From an uncultured Chloroflexia bacterium (lineage in GTDB: Bacteria > Chloroflexota > Anaerolineae > JAAYZQ01): DNA of 64,000 nt. How positions within the stretch are numbered: the stretch's first letter is position 1; every line of letters begins with the position of its first letter. Below are positions 32,948 to 42,548 of the stretch, piece after piece. The notes below the pieces were generated by a model. That model made no database searches. It was not told the origin of the DNA and saw only the letters and a list, made by a program, of their open reading frames with translations. The stretch is from assembly GCA_963700285.1 (NCBI GenBank), contig CAVOXA010000001.1, forward strand, positions 768,001 to 832,000, given 5' to 3'. The position numbers were made by a program, and so were the translations under genes.

Positions 32948-35359
32948 ATGCCAGACATCATCAACCCCTACATACCGGGCCAGCCCGTAGATGATCCAGA
33001 CCTCTTTTTCGGGCGTCGAGACTTGTTCATCTGGATCCGGGAGCACCTGATCAAAGGACGGCGTGTCTTTGGTATTTCTGGCGCCCATCGCATCGGCAAG
33101 ACGTCGCTGATCCGGCAGCTGCCAGTCCACCTGCCGGATGAGTTTCTGACGGTGGGGGTCAGGTTTTCCGAAAAAGAAGCTTCCCGGCTGGACTGGCTGC
33201 TTTGGCAAGTGGCGGATGCCATCGCCACACAGGCGGTTGGACAGCTCCCGGCAGAATACAGTCGGCCTGACTGGGCTGACTTTGAGGGACATCCAGACCG
33301 GTTGCTGACAAAATTCTGGCCGCGGGTGCGGACAGCTTTGGGGGACCGGTGTCTGGTGCTCATGATTGACGATCTGGATTCCCTGGCCCGGGAACAGTCC
33401 AACCTCCTGGACCCCTTTCTTTCTGTGATGGCGAACTGGCGCGAGCAGGACGAGGGATTGGCGCTGGTCATGACCACCGCGCCAACCTGGCAGGAGACGC
33501 TGTCGCGCAAGCATCCCCGGTTGTTTGGAGGCTCTCTCACGTCCGTGTTGGGTACATTGTCCAGTGAGGATGCATCCCGCCTGATCACCTGGCCGGTGGA
33601 TGGCGTGCTCACCTACGACTATGGCGTTCCGAGACGGATGGTCGAGACCACCTCCGGCCAGCCGTACTACTTGCAACTGCTCTGTTTCGAGGTGTTTAAT
33701 CGCTGTGCAACAGCCGGGTGGGTCAACCAGCGGGATCTAGATTTCGTAGTCGAAGAGCTTGTCAGCCGGGATATTCCCGAGTTTCGTCAGGTCTGGGACG
33801 AGTCCTCCCCGCAGGAGCAGGCTGTCCTGGCTGTCCTGGCCTCTCTCCGTGGGGCACGGGGCATCGCCACCGAGCAGGAGGTTGGCAAGGCTCTATCCAA
33901 GCTTGGGACACGCGTGGATTCCGCCCAGATCACCCTCGCAATGGAGAGCCTGGCGGCTCGGGACATCTTGGAACGTCTTGGCGCTTTGAGCTACCGCTTC
34001 CGCGTGGCACTGCTTCGCGATTGGTTGGGCGAGCGGATCGATCTTCAGGAGGTCGTGCGCGACACGCGCTGGCGTGCATCACAGCGCGACAGGTCTCTGG
34101 GTGATCGGCCTGTGCAGATGCTGCACGTCGGAAAGGAACAGAAGCAGGGGCCAGCCGTGCCCAGCCAGGAAACCGAGAGTGTTGCGGTCAAGGCTTCTCC
34201 CGATGCCGCCAAAGATGAAGGGCAGGATCCTGTCAGGAGTCGTCGCTGGCTATGGCTCATCTTGGCTGCGGCCTTGATTCTGGTATTGGTGATCCTGGGC
34301 CGCATGCTATCTTCCCCAATACCTACTGAGCCACTGTCCGCGGTGGTTTCTCTTGTCTCGCCGACGACGCGTCTGACGGTGCCAATCGCAACTCGAACCC
34401 TAGTACCAGAGGCGGCTGCCGGGTCACCCAGCACTGTGGCGCCGAGCGATGTGCCGCTGCTTGAACCGACGCCGACGCCCGCACCAACGCAGCCCCCGGC
34501 GCCCACTCTGTCGCCAACGCCTACACCTCCAAGGGTAGTTGCTCGATCTGTGCCATCCATCGCCTACCAGTCGCGAAGGCCGCAGGATGGGCGCTGGTTT
34601 GTCTATATCATGGATAGCAATGGGGGCAATCGAACCCTGGTCAGCGAAGGGCAGGACGGTTTTTTGTCTGCGCCTTCCTGGTCGCCCGATGGCTCCCGGT
34701 TTGCCCTGGTCTCCGACGCCGACGGTGCATCGGACATCTGGGTGATAGGCATTGACGGCAGTGATCCGGTCAACCTGACGCAGCATGAGGCCAAGGACCA
34801 CTCGCCAGCGTGGTCGCCAGATGGGGAATGGATCGCCTTTGCGTCGGTTCGGGATTCACCGTACTGGGAACTGTACGTGATGCGGGTCGACGGATCGGAT
34901 CTACAGAGGCTAACTTGGTGGGAGGATGCTTCGGATCTGTGGCCCACCTGGTCTCCTGATGGAACCCGTCTGGCCTTTGCCTCCAAACGGGATGGCAACT
35001 GGGAGATCTATAGCATGGACCGCGACGGTTCCAATCTGATACGGCTGACCCACCATCCCGACGATGATACAAACCCCGCTTGGTCTCCGGATGGCAGCCG
35101 CATCGCCTTCGAGAGTACCCGGGAAGGGTATGCCGAGATCTATGTCGTGCCGGTCGGTGGCGGCGCGCCGGTCAACGTGAGTCAGCTATCCTGGGCCACC
35201 GACCTGGGTCCATCCTGGTCACCTGACGGTGGGCGTATGGTCTTCTACTCGGATCGCGATGGGGATTGGGACATCTATGTCATGGCTTCCGATGGTTCTG
35301 ACGTGGTCAAGCTCACTGGAGATACCAGCAATGATCAAGTTCCTGCCTGGCGGCCCTGA
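32948..35359 (+). CDS. STAND/AAA-type NTPase + winged helix + TM + Pro/Thr linker + TolB-like (PD40) beta-propeller
   Basis: NPYIPGQPV..FFGR, Walker A GAHRIGKTS, Walker B LVLMIDD, TSGQPYYLQ, TM WLWLILAAALILVLVIL, five WSPDG repeats plus terminal PAWRP; TGnTATAAT at 32868-32876. Confidence 0.85.
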   Translation: MPDIINPYIPGQPVDDPDLFFGRRDLFIWIREHLIKGRRVFGISGAHRIGKTSLIRQLPVHLPDEFLTVGVRFSEKEASRLDWLLWQVADAIATQAVGQLPAEYSRPDWADFEGHPDRLLTKFWPRVRTALGDRCLVLMIDDLDSLAREQSNLLDPFLSVMANWREQDEGLALVMTTAPTWQETLSRKHPRLFGGSLTSVLGTLSSEDASRLITWPVDGVLTYDYGVPRRMVETTSGQPYYLQLLCFEVFNRCATAGWVNQRDLDFVVEELVSRDIPEFRQVWDESSPQEQAVLAVLASLRGARGIATEQEVGKALSKLGTRVDSAQITLAMESLAARDILERLGALSYRFRVALLRDWLGERIDLQEVVRDTRWRASQRDRSLGDRPVQMLHVGKEQKQGPAVPSQETESVAVKASPDAAKDEGQDPVRSRRWLWLILAAALILVLVILGRMLSSPIPTEPLSAVVSLVSPTTRLTVPIATRTLVPEAAAGSPSTVAPSDVPLLEPTPTPAPTQPPAPTLSPTPTPPRVVARSVPSIAYQSRRPQDGRWFVYIMDSNGGNRTLVSEGQDGFLSAPSWSPDGSRFALVSDADGASDIWVIGIDGSDPVNLTQHEAKDHSPAWSPDGEWIAFASVRDSPYWELYVMRVDGSDLQRLTWWEDASDLWPTWSPDGTRLAFASKRDGNWEIYSMDRDGSNLIRLTHHPDDDTNPAWSPDGSRIAFESTREGYAEIYVVPVGGGAPVNVSQLSWATDLGPSWSPDGGRMVFYSDRDGDWDIYVMASDGSDVVKLTGDTSNDQVPAWRP

Positions 35360-35434
35360 GGTTGATCAAGACCGTGGGGCAAATGACCAATGACAGGTGG
35401 CCGGGTTCGTGGGTGATTCGTCTCTCGGCGCTTG

Positions 35435-36370
35435 TCATGGGTCTGGGTCCTCGGTAGTATCCTGGCACCAGCCGTTTTCCAGCCCAGCAGCATGATAGGC
35501 ATCCAGAGCGGATTCGTACTCTTCCGAAGTGATCTTGCGGCCAAGGACAGAGTCCCCAACCGCCCGGTGAGCCGGGAAGTACTGGTCCATGAGGCTGATA
35601 TGAACGCTGGGTGAGAGGCTTTCTGCAACCCAGCGAAGCACATCATCTGTGCCTGCTTGCCCGGAGGGTAGAACCAGATGGCGGATGATCATCCCGCGCT
35701 GGGCCAGCCCCATCTCATCCAACACCAGCTCTGCCCCCACCTGGCGATATATCTCTTGCAACGCTGCACGATTGTATTCGATGTAATCCGAGAACCCGGA
35801 GAGCTTCTTGGCTATGTGGTTGTTGGCATATTTGGCATCGGGCAGCCAGATATCGACAATGTTCTCCAGTAGATGCAATACCTCGGACCGTTCGTAGCCG
35901 CTGGTGTTATAGACCAAGGGCAGTCGCAATCCACCTTCGATAGCGGCCGGCAGAGCAGCCATCATCTGAGGCATAAAGTGGGTGGGGGTCACAAAGTTGA
36001 TATTGTGTGCCCCTTTGCGCTGCAGTTCCAGCATGATCTCGGCCAGCCGCTCAATGCTCACACGATCGCCGTAGCCGAGCTGGCTGATGGGATAGTTTTG
36101 GCAGAATTGGCATCGCCCGGTGCATCCAGAGAAAAAGATGGTACCTGAACCGTGCGTACCGCTGATAGGTGGTTCTTCCCACGCGTGCAGATTCCAGCTT
36201 GAGAGTTTCGCTTGGTCGTCCATACGGCATACTCCCCGTTCACCGTCTAGGCGGTCTACGCCACAGAGGTGAGGACAGAGCAGGCATGGAGACAGAAAGC
36301 TCCAAGCTGCCTCAATGCGTTGGGCCAGCTCCCCGCTATGATAAAGCGCCAGATAACCAGGTTCAATCAC
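35435..36370 (-). CDS. Radical SAM protein, PflX-like
   Basis: CLLCPHLCGVDR, EEPPISG..GSGTIFFSGCTGRCQFCQN, NINFVTPTH, IIRHLVLP; GTG start after GGAGG. Confidence 0.88.
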   Translation of the reverse strand: MIEPGYLALYHSGELAQRIEAAWSFLSPCLLCPHLCGVDRLDGERGVCRMDDQAKLSSWNLHAWEEPPISGTHGSGTIFFSGCTGRCQFCQNYPISQLGYGDRVSIERLAEIMLELQRKGAHNINFVTPTHFMPQMMAALPAAIEGGLRLPLVYNTSGYERSEVLHLLENIVDIWLPDAKYANNHIAKKLSGFSDYIEYNRAALQEIYRQVGAELVLDEMGLAQRGMIIRHLVLPSGQAGTDDVLRWVAESLSPSVHISLMDQYFPAHRAVGDSVLGRKITSEEYESALDAYHAAGLENGWCQDTTEDPDP

Positions 36371-36464
36371 AATTCGGCCAGAAGCCTCCATCCACAAGTT
36401 CACAGACCTCAGGCTCTGTCTGCTGACGATCCTCGTTCTGCGCTCGGGCAGAACGTGGAAAGCC

Positions 36465-36493
36465 ATTATAGGGCTGACCGTCGAAGGTGTCAA
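36465..36493 (-). promoter_or_regulatory. Consensus sigma70 promoter for the radical SAM gene
   Basis: Minus strand TTGACA-17 bp-TATAAT. Confidence 0.85.
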
Positions 36494-36699
36494 CTGAACT
36501 TGATCTACCCACCCAGCCCTCCGGGTTCGCACAAGTGTAGCCATAGCCTATGACTTTTGTATTGAGGGCGGTTCACCCAGGCCAACACGCCAATGGCCGT
36601 ACTTGGCTACGGAGAATACCCCCCGAGATTGGGGTCCACAGGAATGAACCGCGCATCTCTGGCTAAATGCACCTGGCAAAGCTTGGGGCAGATGTGTCA

Positions 36700-36728
36700 T
36701 TGACCGATGTTTGGAACTGTGCTATCAT
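36700..36728 (+). promoter_or_regulatory. Putative sigma70 promoter upstream of the ECF sigma gene
   Basis: TTGACC-17 bp-TATCAT with extended TG. Confidence 0.6.
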
Positions 36729-36919
36729 GTGGCGACTATCCTCTGGCGCGGGCCATGTTTTTCGGTGCTTCTAGGATGTTTTTGGGGACAGCGGGTTGGT
36801 ACGAAGGGGGCTCTCTGGCAAGCGCCACCAGGGGAGATAGAGCGCGGCCCGGCCTGAAGCAAAAACGAGAATGCTTGCTTCAGGAGCCGTATCCTTTCGG
36901 AGAGCTAACCGGTATAACA

Positions 36920-37582
36920 GTGGATGTCGATGATGCTCTGAGTGTACCTGAGGTGTCGGTATCTCAGGAACCGCATAGCAAAGTGGGTCACTTTGAGCTA
37001 GCCAAGCGCAAGGATAGGCAGGTCTCGTCTGGAGTTCGCCAGGGGGAAGGCCGTCTGGTCAACCAGGCTAGGCGGGGTGACAATCGGGCGTTCAGCGAGC
37101 TATATCGACGCCATGTTGACATGATCTATCGCTATGCCTATGCTAGGGTAAGGGATGCGACGATAGCTGAGGACCTGACGGCTCAGGTTTTTCTCAAGGC
37201 CTTTGAGGGTTTGCCGAACTATGAACCCCGGGGGGCGCCATTTTCGGCCTGGTTGTATCGCATAGCCCATGCCAGAATCGTTGATTACTGGCGCCAACAG
37301 CAGCGCCGCCAAGAGGTGGGCTTGCTAGAGAGTTTGCCGGCAACAGATCCTCAGCCCGAGGATATCGTTCTCGCCAAATCAGAGTGGAAAGCCGCCGTCG
37401 ATTTGCTGGCTCAATTGACAGACGATCAGCGCGATGTGATCATACTGCGGTTCATCGAGGAAATGAGTTTGGCAGAGGTAGCTGAAACACTGGACAAGAC
37501 GGTCGGTGCGGTTAAAGCGTTGCAGCATCGCGCTCTGGCATCGCTGGCGCGCATACAGAGAGCACAGGTTTCTGCTCTGTGA
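36920..37582 (+). CDS. ECF sigma-70 factor, BldN-like (start codon uncertain)
   Basis: AFSELYRRHVDMIYRY, AEDLTAQVFLKA, FSAWLYRIAH, region 4 EVAETLDKTVGAVKALQHRA. Confidence 0.9.
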   Translation: MDVDDALSVPEVSVSQEPHSKVGHFELAKRKDRQVSSGVRQGEGRLVNQARRGDNRAFSELYRRHVDMIYRYAYARVRDATIAEDLTAQVFLKAFEGLPNYEPRGAPFSAWLYRIAHARIVDYWRQQQRRQEVGLLESLPATDPQPEDIVLAKSEWKAAVDLLAQLTDDQRDVIILRFIEEMSLAEVAETLDKTVGAVKALQHRALASLARIQRAQVSAL

Positions 37583-40500
37583 CCGAGATGGCTGAGGATT
37601 TCACCTCGATCCTGGAACAATGCCTGGGTCAGATCGGTGCTGGCAAGTCGACGATCTGGAACTGCCTGGCCCGGTATCCAGAACTGGCTGGTGAACTGGA
37701 ACCCCTGCTGCTAGCGGCCGAACAGATGTGGCTAGTTCCCAAACCTGTATTGTCCTCCGAGGCCAGGGCCAGGATCGATGTACAGGTGTTTAGTGTAGCC
37801 GGTGCCAGCGAGCAACGCCGGCCCGCCGTAGGCCAGCCCCCAAGCGCTGGCCGAAAGAGGGGCTGGACATCCGTCTGGCGGTGGGCTGCCACGGGACTGG
37901 CTTTCCTCGCCGTCTTTTTTCTGTCATTTACGTTCGTCGCGGATGCCGTAGGCAAGACCCTGCCAGGTTCTCCCCTTCACCCTGTCAAACTGGCTGCAGA
38001 GAATACTCGTCTGTGGCTGGCTCCCTCCCAGAACAAGCCGAAACTGCAACTGGAGTTTGCTAGGCGCCGTTTGGAGGAGGTGACAGCGCTAACCGAGCTT
38101 GGGGATGTGGATGCCTCGATCGTGAATGCTATGACCGAGGAGACAGAAGCTGCTCTCATGGGTCTTGCGTCACTGCCTCCGGATGCGGCCGTGCCGCTTA
38201 TGGGTGACATGGTGGCATTGATTTCTGACCAGGATCAGACCTTGTCCCGCATGATTGAGGGTTCGCCGGCCGGATTGCGGGATCAAGTCGCAACAGCGTT
38301 GGAGTTGAATGCGGCGCAAGCGGCTCGTTCACGCTCACTGGTTGGTTCGTTACCCATGCCACCTTCTATCGCCGTGCTCGCGACGGCCAACCTGGACAGT
38401 GTACCTGAGCCAGAAGGAGAGGTGGAGTATACGGTTTCGGTGACCAATGATGGAGCGGAGCGAGTCACGGTAATATCCCTGTTGAGTGACATCCGTGGAG
38501 ACCTTGATGGCCAGGGCACCTGCTCTTTGCCCCCGGAAGGCATCTTGCTGAGCCCTGACGAATCATATGTCTGTACCTTTGGCGCCGTCGTCGCAGGCAA
38601 CGCCGATCAAGCGCAAACTGATACGGTGACAGCGGTGGTCATGGACGATGAGGGCTTTGAGGCCAGGGTATCCACAAGCGCCACGGTGCTGGTCGGCGAT
38701 GTGGCGCCTACGATTGGGATTTACAGGACCGCGAACCCCGACAGCCTGCCTGAGCCTGGGGGCGTCGTTCAATTCAAGGTGCGGGTGACCAACGTTGGGC
38801 TTGAAACTGTCATCCTAACCGGTCTCGAGGACGGCGAGCGCGGTGATCTGAACGGTTGGGGTACTTGTTCGCTGCCCCCGGAGGGAATCACGATCAACCC
38901 TGGTGGGGCCTACGAGTGTACCTTCAGCGCCAAGGTTTCCGGCAACGCTGCTACGAAAAAACCCAATATCGTGACCGCCATAGCGGCCGATGATGAGGGC
39001 AACACAGTCCAGTCTTCGGCAAGCGCTGTGGTGTCTTTCACTGACGTACTTCCGGTGGTTGCCGTGAGCAAGGCGGTGCTCCCCAGCAGTGTGCCAGAGC
39101 CCGGGGGTACGGCGCAGTTTACTGTGCGGGTGACCAATGTGGGAGTCGAGGATGTCCGCCTTGATGCGCTGGTGGATGACGTTCATGGAGATCTGCATGG
39201 GAGGGGAACCTGTTCCCTGGCACCTGGTGAGGTGGTCATCACTCCTGCGGAAACCTACGAGTGCTCATTTGCTGCGATGGTGGCCGGCAACGCTGGGGAA
39301 AGCAAGATGGCTGTAGTCACAGCCATTGTATCCGACGATGAGGGAAACAGAACCGGCGCTTCCGATAGCGCAAGTGTGACTATCGCTGATGCTCTTCCGG
39401 AGATAGATGTCAGCAGAACGGCAGAACCGGCCCGAGTGCCTGAACCAGGGGGCAAGGTAGAGTTCACGGTACGCGTTGTCAATCGGGGGCCTGAAAGCCT
39501 CGAACTTGTATCATTGGTAGATGATGCGCTCGGTGATCTGAACGGGAAGGGAACCTGTTCTGTGCTGCCCGGTGAGACGATTATTGAGCCTGGTGGGTTC
39601 TACCAGTGCAGCTTTGTCTCCCACGTTTCTGGGAATGCAGATGACGCGTGGACTGATGTAGTGAGTGCCGTAGCTTTGGACGATGAGAGCAACTGGGCGA
39701 AGGCTGCGGGCAGCGTTACAGTGGTTGTCACCGATGTGGCACCCCTGATCAGCGTGCGAAAGACGGCGAGGCCCAGCAGTGTGCCCGAGCCCGGGGGAGC
39801 GGTGGAATTTACCGTGAGTGTGACCAATCAAGGCGTGGAGGATGTCAGTCTCCTTTCGCTCCTGGATGACAACCACGGTGACCTGCATGGGCTAGGTACT
39901 TGTTCCCTGCGGCCGGACGAGATGAGAGTCAGCCCCGGTGATACCTACACGTGCCGCTTCAGTACTGTGGTCTCTGGCAAGCCAGCGGAGAGCTGGACCG
40001 ATACTGTCACGGCTGTCGCATCGGATGACGAGGGGAACAGGGCAAGGGCAGCTGCTGCTACGAGGGTGACCATCAGAGACGTGCTGCCGGCGATAGCTGT
40101 CAGAAAGACGGCAATGCCAAATCGTGTGCCTGAACCAGGAGGCAGTGTCAAGTTCACGGTACGCGTTACCAACAATGGGGCTGAGCAAGTCGTCCTGGAT
40201 GCGCTGGTAGATGATGCTCATGGCAACCTGAGTGGCCAGGGCACCTGTTCGGTGCCGCCTAGTAAGGTTATGATCGATCCTGGCACCGCCTACGATTGTT
40301 CCTATTCTGTTGTTGTTTCTGGCAATGCTGGGGATGTGGAGACGAGCGCGGTGACCGCTGCGGTGTCGGATGATGAGGGCAATAGGGCCAAGGCTGTGGG
40401 CAGTACTGCGGTGGCCACAATCGACGTCCCACCGCAGATTGACGTGAACCTGGTGGCAAAGCCGGACACGGCACCCGAGTCGGGGGGGAAGATTCAGCTT

Positions 40501-42366
40501 AGGGTGCGCGTCACCAACGAGAGCTTTGAGGCAATCCATATCAAGTCTTTGATGGCCGCATCTCGCGGTGATCTGAATGGGCGGGGTAGTTGTTCTGTGC
40601 CTGAGGGGGGGATCCTATTAGGTCCCCAGCGCTCGGATGGCCCAGGTGAGTCCTACGAATGCACCTTCAGTGCAACGGTGGCTGGCAATGCGGCAGAGAT
40701 CCTTACCGAGACGATGTACGTTGTGGCTGTGGACGACGAAGGAAACGAGGTCAAGGCTGGAGCCAGTGATACTGTGACCCTCACTGATGTGCTGCCGGCG
40801 ATCAGGGCCAGTCAGACGGTCGAACCCGGCAGTGTGCCGGAGCCTGGGGGCAAGGTGACGTTCTCCCTGGTTGTGAGCAATGAAGGAACTGAAGAGATTA
40901 CTCTAGATGCGCTGGTGGGCGATGTCCTCGGCGATTTAAACGGACAGGGTACCTGTTCTGTGCCGCGAACAGGGGTAGCGATTCGGCCGGGACGATCCTA
41001 CACCTGTGAGGTTCAGGCTAGCGTCTCGGGAAATGCTAGAGAGAGCAAGGCCAGCACGGTGACGGCGGTCGCCTCGGACAATGAGGGCAACGAGGCCCAA
41101 GCTTTGACAGACGCCACGGTGACCTTCACCGATGTATTGCCATCGCTCCTTGTGAGCAAGGTGGCGGAGCAAAGCAGCGTGCCGGAGCCAGGCGGAGGTA
41201 TAGCTTTCACGGTGCGCATCAGCAACGCGGGAGCTGAGGCCTTTACCCTCAATTCCGTGGTAGATGACCTACATGGTGACTTGAATGGGCAGGGTACCTG
41301 CTTTGTGCCCCAAGAGGGGATATCGCTCCAGGGCGGCGAGTCCTATGTCTGTAGCTTCCAGTCCGAAATCTGGGGCAACGCTGGGGTGACCGAGACCGGT
41401 ACTGTGACAGCCGTGGCCTCGGATGATGAGGGCAACAAGGTGAGTATTTCGGACAGTGCTACGGTGGCGATCTCGGATGTGCTGCCGGCGGTTGGAGCGA
41501 GCATAACGGCGAGTCCCAGCAAGCTGCCAGAGCCGGGAGGAGTTGTGCTGTACTCTGTCAGGATCGCGAACCAAGGGATCGAAGAGCTTTCCCTCGATTC
41601 GTTGGTGGACGATGTCCATGGGAATCTGCTCGGGCAGGGTACTTGTTCAGTACCACCTGAAGGCATAACACTTGGACCAGGGAGTTCCTATGAATGCAGC
41701 TTCCAGGCCGATGTCAGAGGCAACGCTGGGCAGAATAGTACCAATCTTGTTTCGGCCGTGGCCTCCGACGATGAAGGCAACGAAGGACGAGCGGCGGCGG
41801 GTGTCACTGTGGTCATCACTGATGTAGTCCCGGCGATCGGAATCGACGTGTTAGCGAGCTCCGGCAACGTGGTGGCGCCAGGTGGGGAAGTTGAGTTCTC
41901 GGTACGCGTCAGTAACCTGGGCGCTGAGGCTGTGACTCTGGCCAGAATGGTCGATGACGTCTATGGGGACATGAATGGCCTGGGCTCATGCTCCCTTGTA
42001 GCAGGAGAAACGACGATTGGCCCTGGCGGATCGTACGAGTGCACATTTGCCGCTGAGGTTTCTGGAAATGTTGGGGACAGTGTGGTCCACACCGTGACGA
42101 TTGTAGCTTTCGATGATGAGGGCAATGACGTTGCGGCCGCTGCCGACGTGACTGTCACCATCATCGACAATCCCGAGTCCTCAGCTGCCGTCATCTGCCA
42201 ACCAGGCGCCGGTGCGGATGTGGCATGCCCGAACTGGGCGCCGTTGGCGCCGGTGGCTGCCAAGAATAACAGTCTGCTCGCGCCAGTACACCCTTGGCTC
42301 CGGGGCATTCGCATCTCCGGTTCTGTCGATCATCCTGGCACCCCACTTGTAGGAATTCCCACCTAG
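37579..42366 (+). CDS. Giant membrane anti-sigma factor: N-terminal sigma-binding region, TM, DUF5667, 11 Ig-like repeats
   Basis: GTGA overlap with the ECF gene; LEQCL...CLARYPELAGELEPLL; TM WAATGLAFLAVFFLSFTFV; DUF5667 motif LPGSPLHPVKLAAE...ARRRLEE; repeats follow. Confidence 0.82.
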   Translation: MTEMAEDFTSILEQCLGQIGAGKSTIWNCLARYPELAGELEPLLLAAEQMWLVPKPVLSSEARARIDVQVFSVAGASEQRRPAVGQPPSAGRKRGWTSVWRWAATGLAFLAVFFLSFTFVADAVGKTLPGSPLHPVKLAAENTRLWLAPSQNKPKLQLEFARRRLEEVTALTELGDVDASIVNAMTEETEAALMGLASLPPDAAVPLMGDMVALISDQDQTLSRMIEGSPAGLRDQVATALELNAAQAARSRSLVGSLPMPPSIAVLATANLDSVPEPEGEVEYTVSVTNDGAERVTVISLLSDIRGDLDGQGTCSLPPEGILLSPDESYVCTFGAVVAGNADQAQTDTVTAVVMDDEGFEARVSTSATVLVGDVAPTIGIYRTANPDSLPEPGGVVQFKVRVTNVGLETVILTGLEDGERGDLNGWGTCSLPPEGITINPGGAYECTFSAKVSGNAATKKPNIVTAIAADDEGNTVQSSASAVVSFTDVLPVVAVSKAVLPSSVPEPGGTAQFTVRVTNVGVEDVRLDALVDDVHGDLHGRGTCSLAPGEVVITPAETYECSFAAMVAGNAGESKMAVVTAIVSDDEGNRTGASDSASVTIADALPEIDVSRTAEPARVPEPGGKVEFTVRVVNRGPESLELVSLVDDALGDLNGKGTCSVLPGETIIEPGGFYQCSFVSHVSGNADDAWTDVVSAVALDDESNWAKAAGSVTVVVTDVAPLISVRKTARPSSVPEPGGAVEFTVSVTNQGVEDVSLLSLLDDNHGDLHGLGTCSLRPDEMRVSPGDTYTCRFSTVVSGKPAESWTDTVTAVASDDEGNRARAAAATRVTIRDVLPAIAVRKTAMPNRVPEPGGSVKFTVRVTNNGAEQVVLDALVDDAHGNLSGQGTCSVPPSKVMIDPGTAYDCSYSVVVSGNAGDVETSAVTAAVSDDEGNRAKAVGSTAVATIDVPPQIDVNLVAKPDTAPESGGKIQLRVRVTNESFEAIHIKSLMAASRGDLNGRGSCSVPEGGILLGPQRSDGPGESYECTFSATVAGNAAEILTETMYVVAVDDEGNEVKAGASDTVTLTDVLPAIRASQTVEPGSVPEPGGKVTFSLVVSNEGTEEITLDALVGDVLGDLNGQGTCSVPRTGVAIRPGRSYTCEVQASVSGNARESKASTVTAVASDNEGNEAQALTDATVTFTDVLPSLLVSKVAEQSSVPEPGGGIAFTVRISNAGAEAFTLNSVVDDLHGDLNGQGTCFVPQEGISLQGGESYVCSFQSEIWGNAGVTETGTVTAVASDDEGNKVSISDSATVAISDVLPAVGASITASPSKLPEPGGVVLYSVRIANQGIEELSLDSLVDDVHGNLLGQGTCSVPPEGITLGPGSSYECSFQADVRGNAGQNSTNLVSAVASDDEGNEGRAAAGVTVVITDVVPAIGIDVLASSGNVVAPGGEVEFSVRVSNLGAEAVTLARMVDDVYGDMNGLGSCSLVAGETTIGPGGSYECTFAAEVSGNVGDSVVHTVTIVAFDDEGNDVAAAADVTVTIIDNPESSAAVICQPGAGADVACPNWAPLAPVAAKNNSLLAPVHPWLRGIRISGSVDHPGTPLVGIPT
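38362..42168 (+). repeat. 11 tandem ~345-bp (115-aa) domain repeats
   Basis: Consensus P.I.V...A.P.SVPEPGG.V.FTV.V.N.G.E...L..L.DD..GDL.G.GTC...PG..Y.C.F...V.GN......V.A.A.DDEGN; units 2 and 3 start at 38701 and 39046. Confidence 0.92.
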
Positions 42367-42548
42367 GACAGACTGGACTGTTTGGGGATTGCGATCCCAC
42401 GGTGCCGGATGCATGCGTGGGGTGCGTTGCCGATGTTTTTCCGAGAGGGATTGGGCGGGGCGGTGAAGCGGGTGGTCCAGCAAAGAGAACGTTTCGATCT
42501 ATGCCATCTATTAGGTTTTCTTAGGCTGGGAAAAGGAGGGGCAACTGA

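Noticed and set aside
36371-36919. N-terminal extensions of the radical SAM (to 36544) and ECF (from 36707) ORFs
   Set aside because: The extensions run through predicted promoters and lack family similarity
38362-42168. 345-bp repeats as a DGR, shufflon or cassette array
   Set aside because: Diverged in-frame protein domain repeats; no reverse transcriptase, recombinase or identical recombination sites seen
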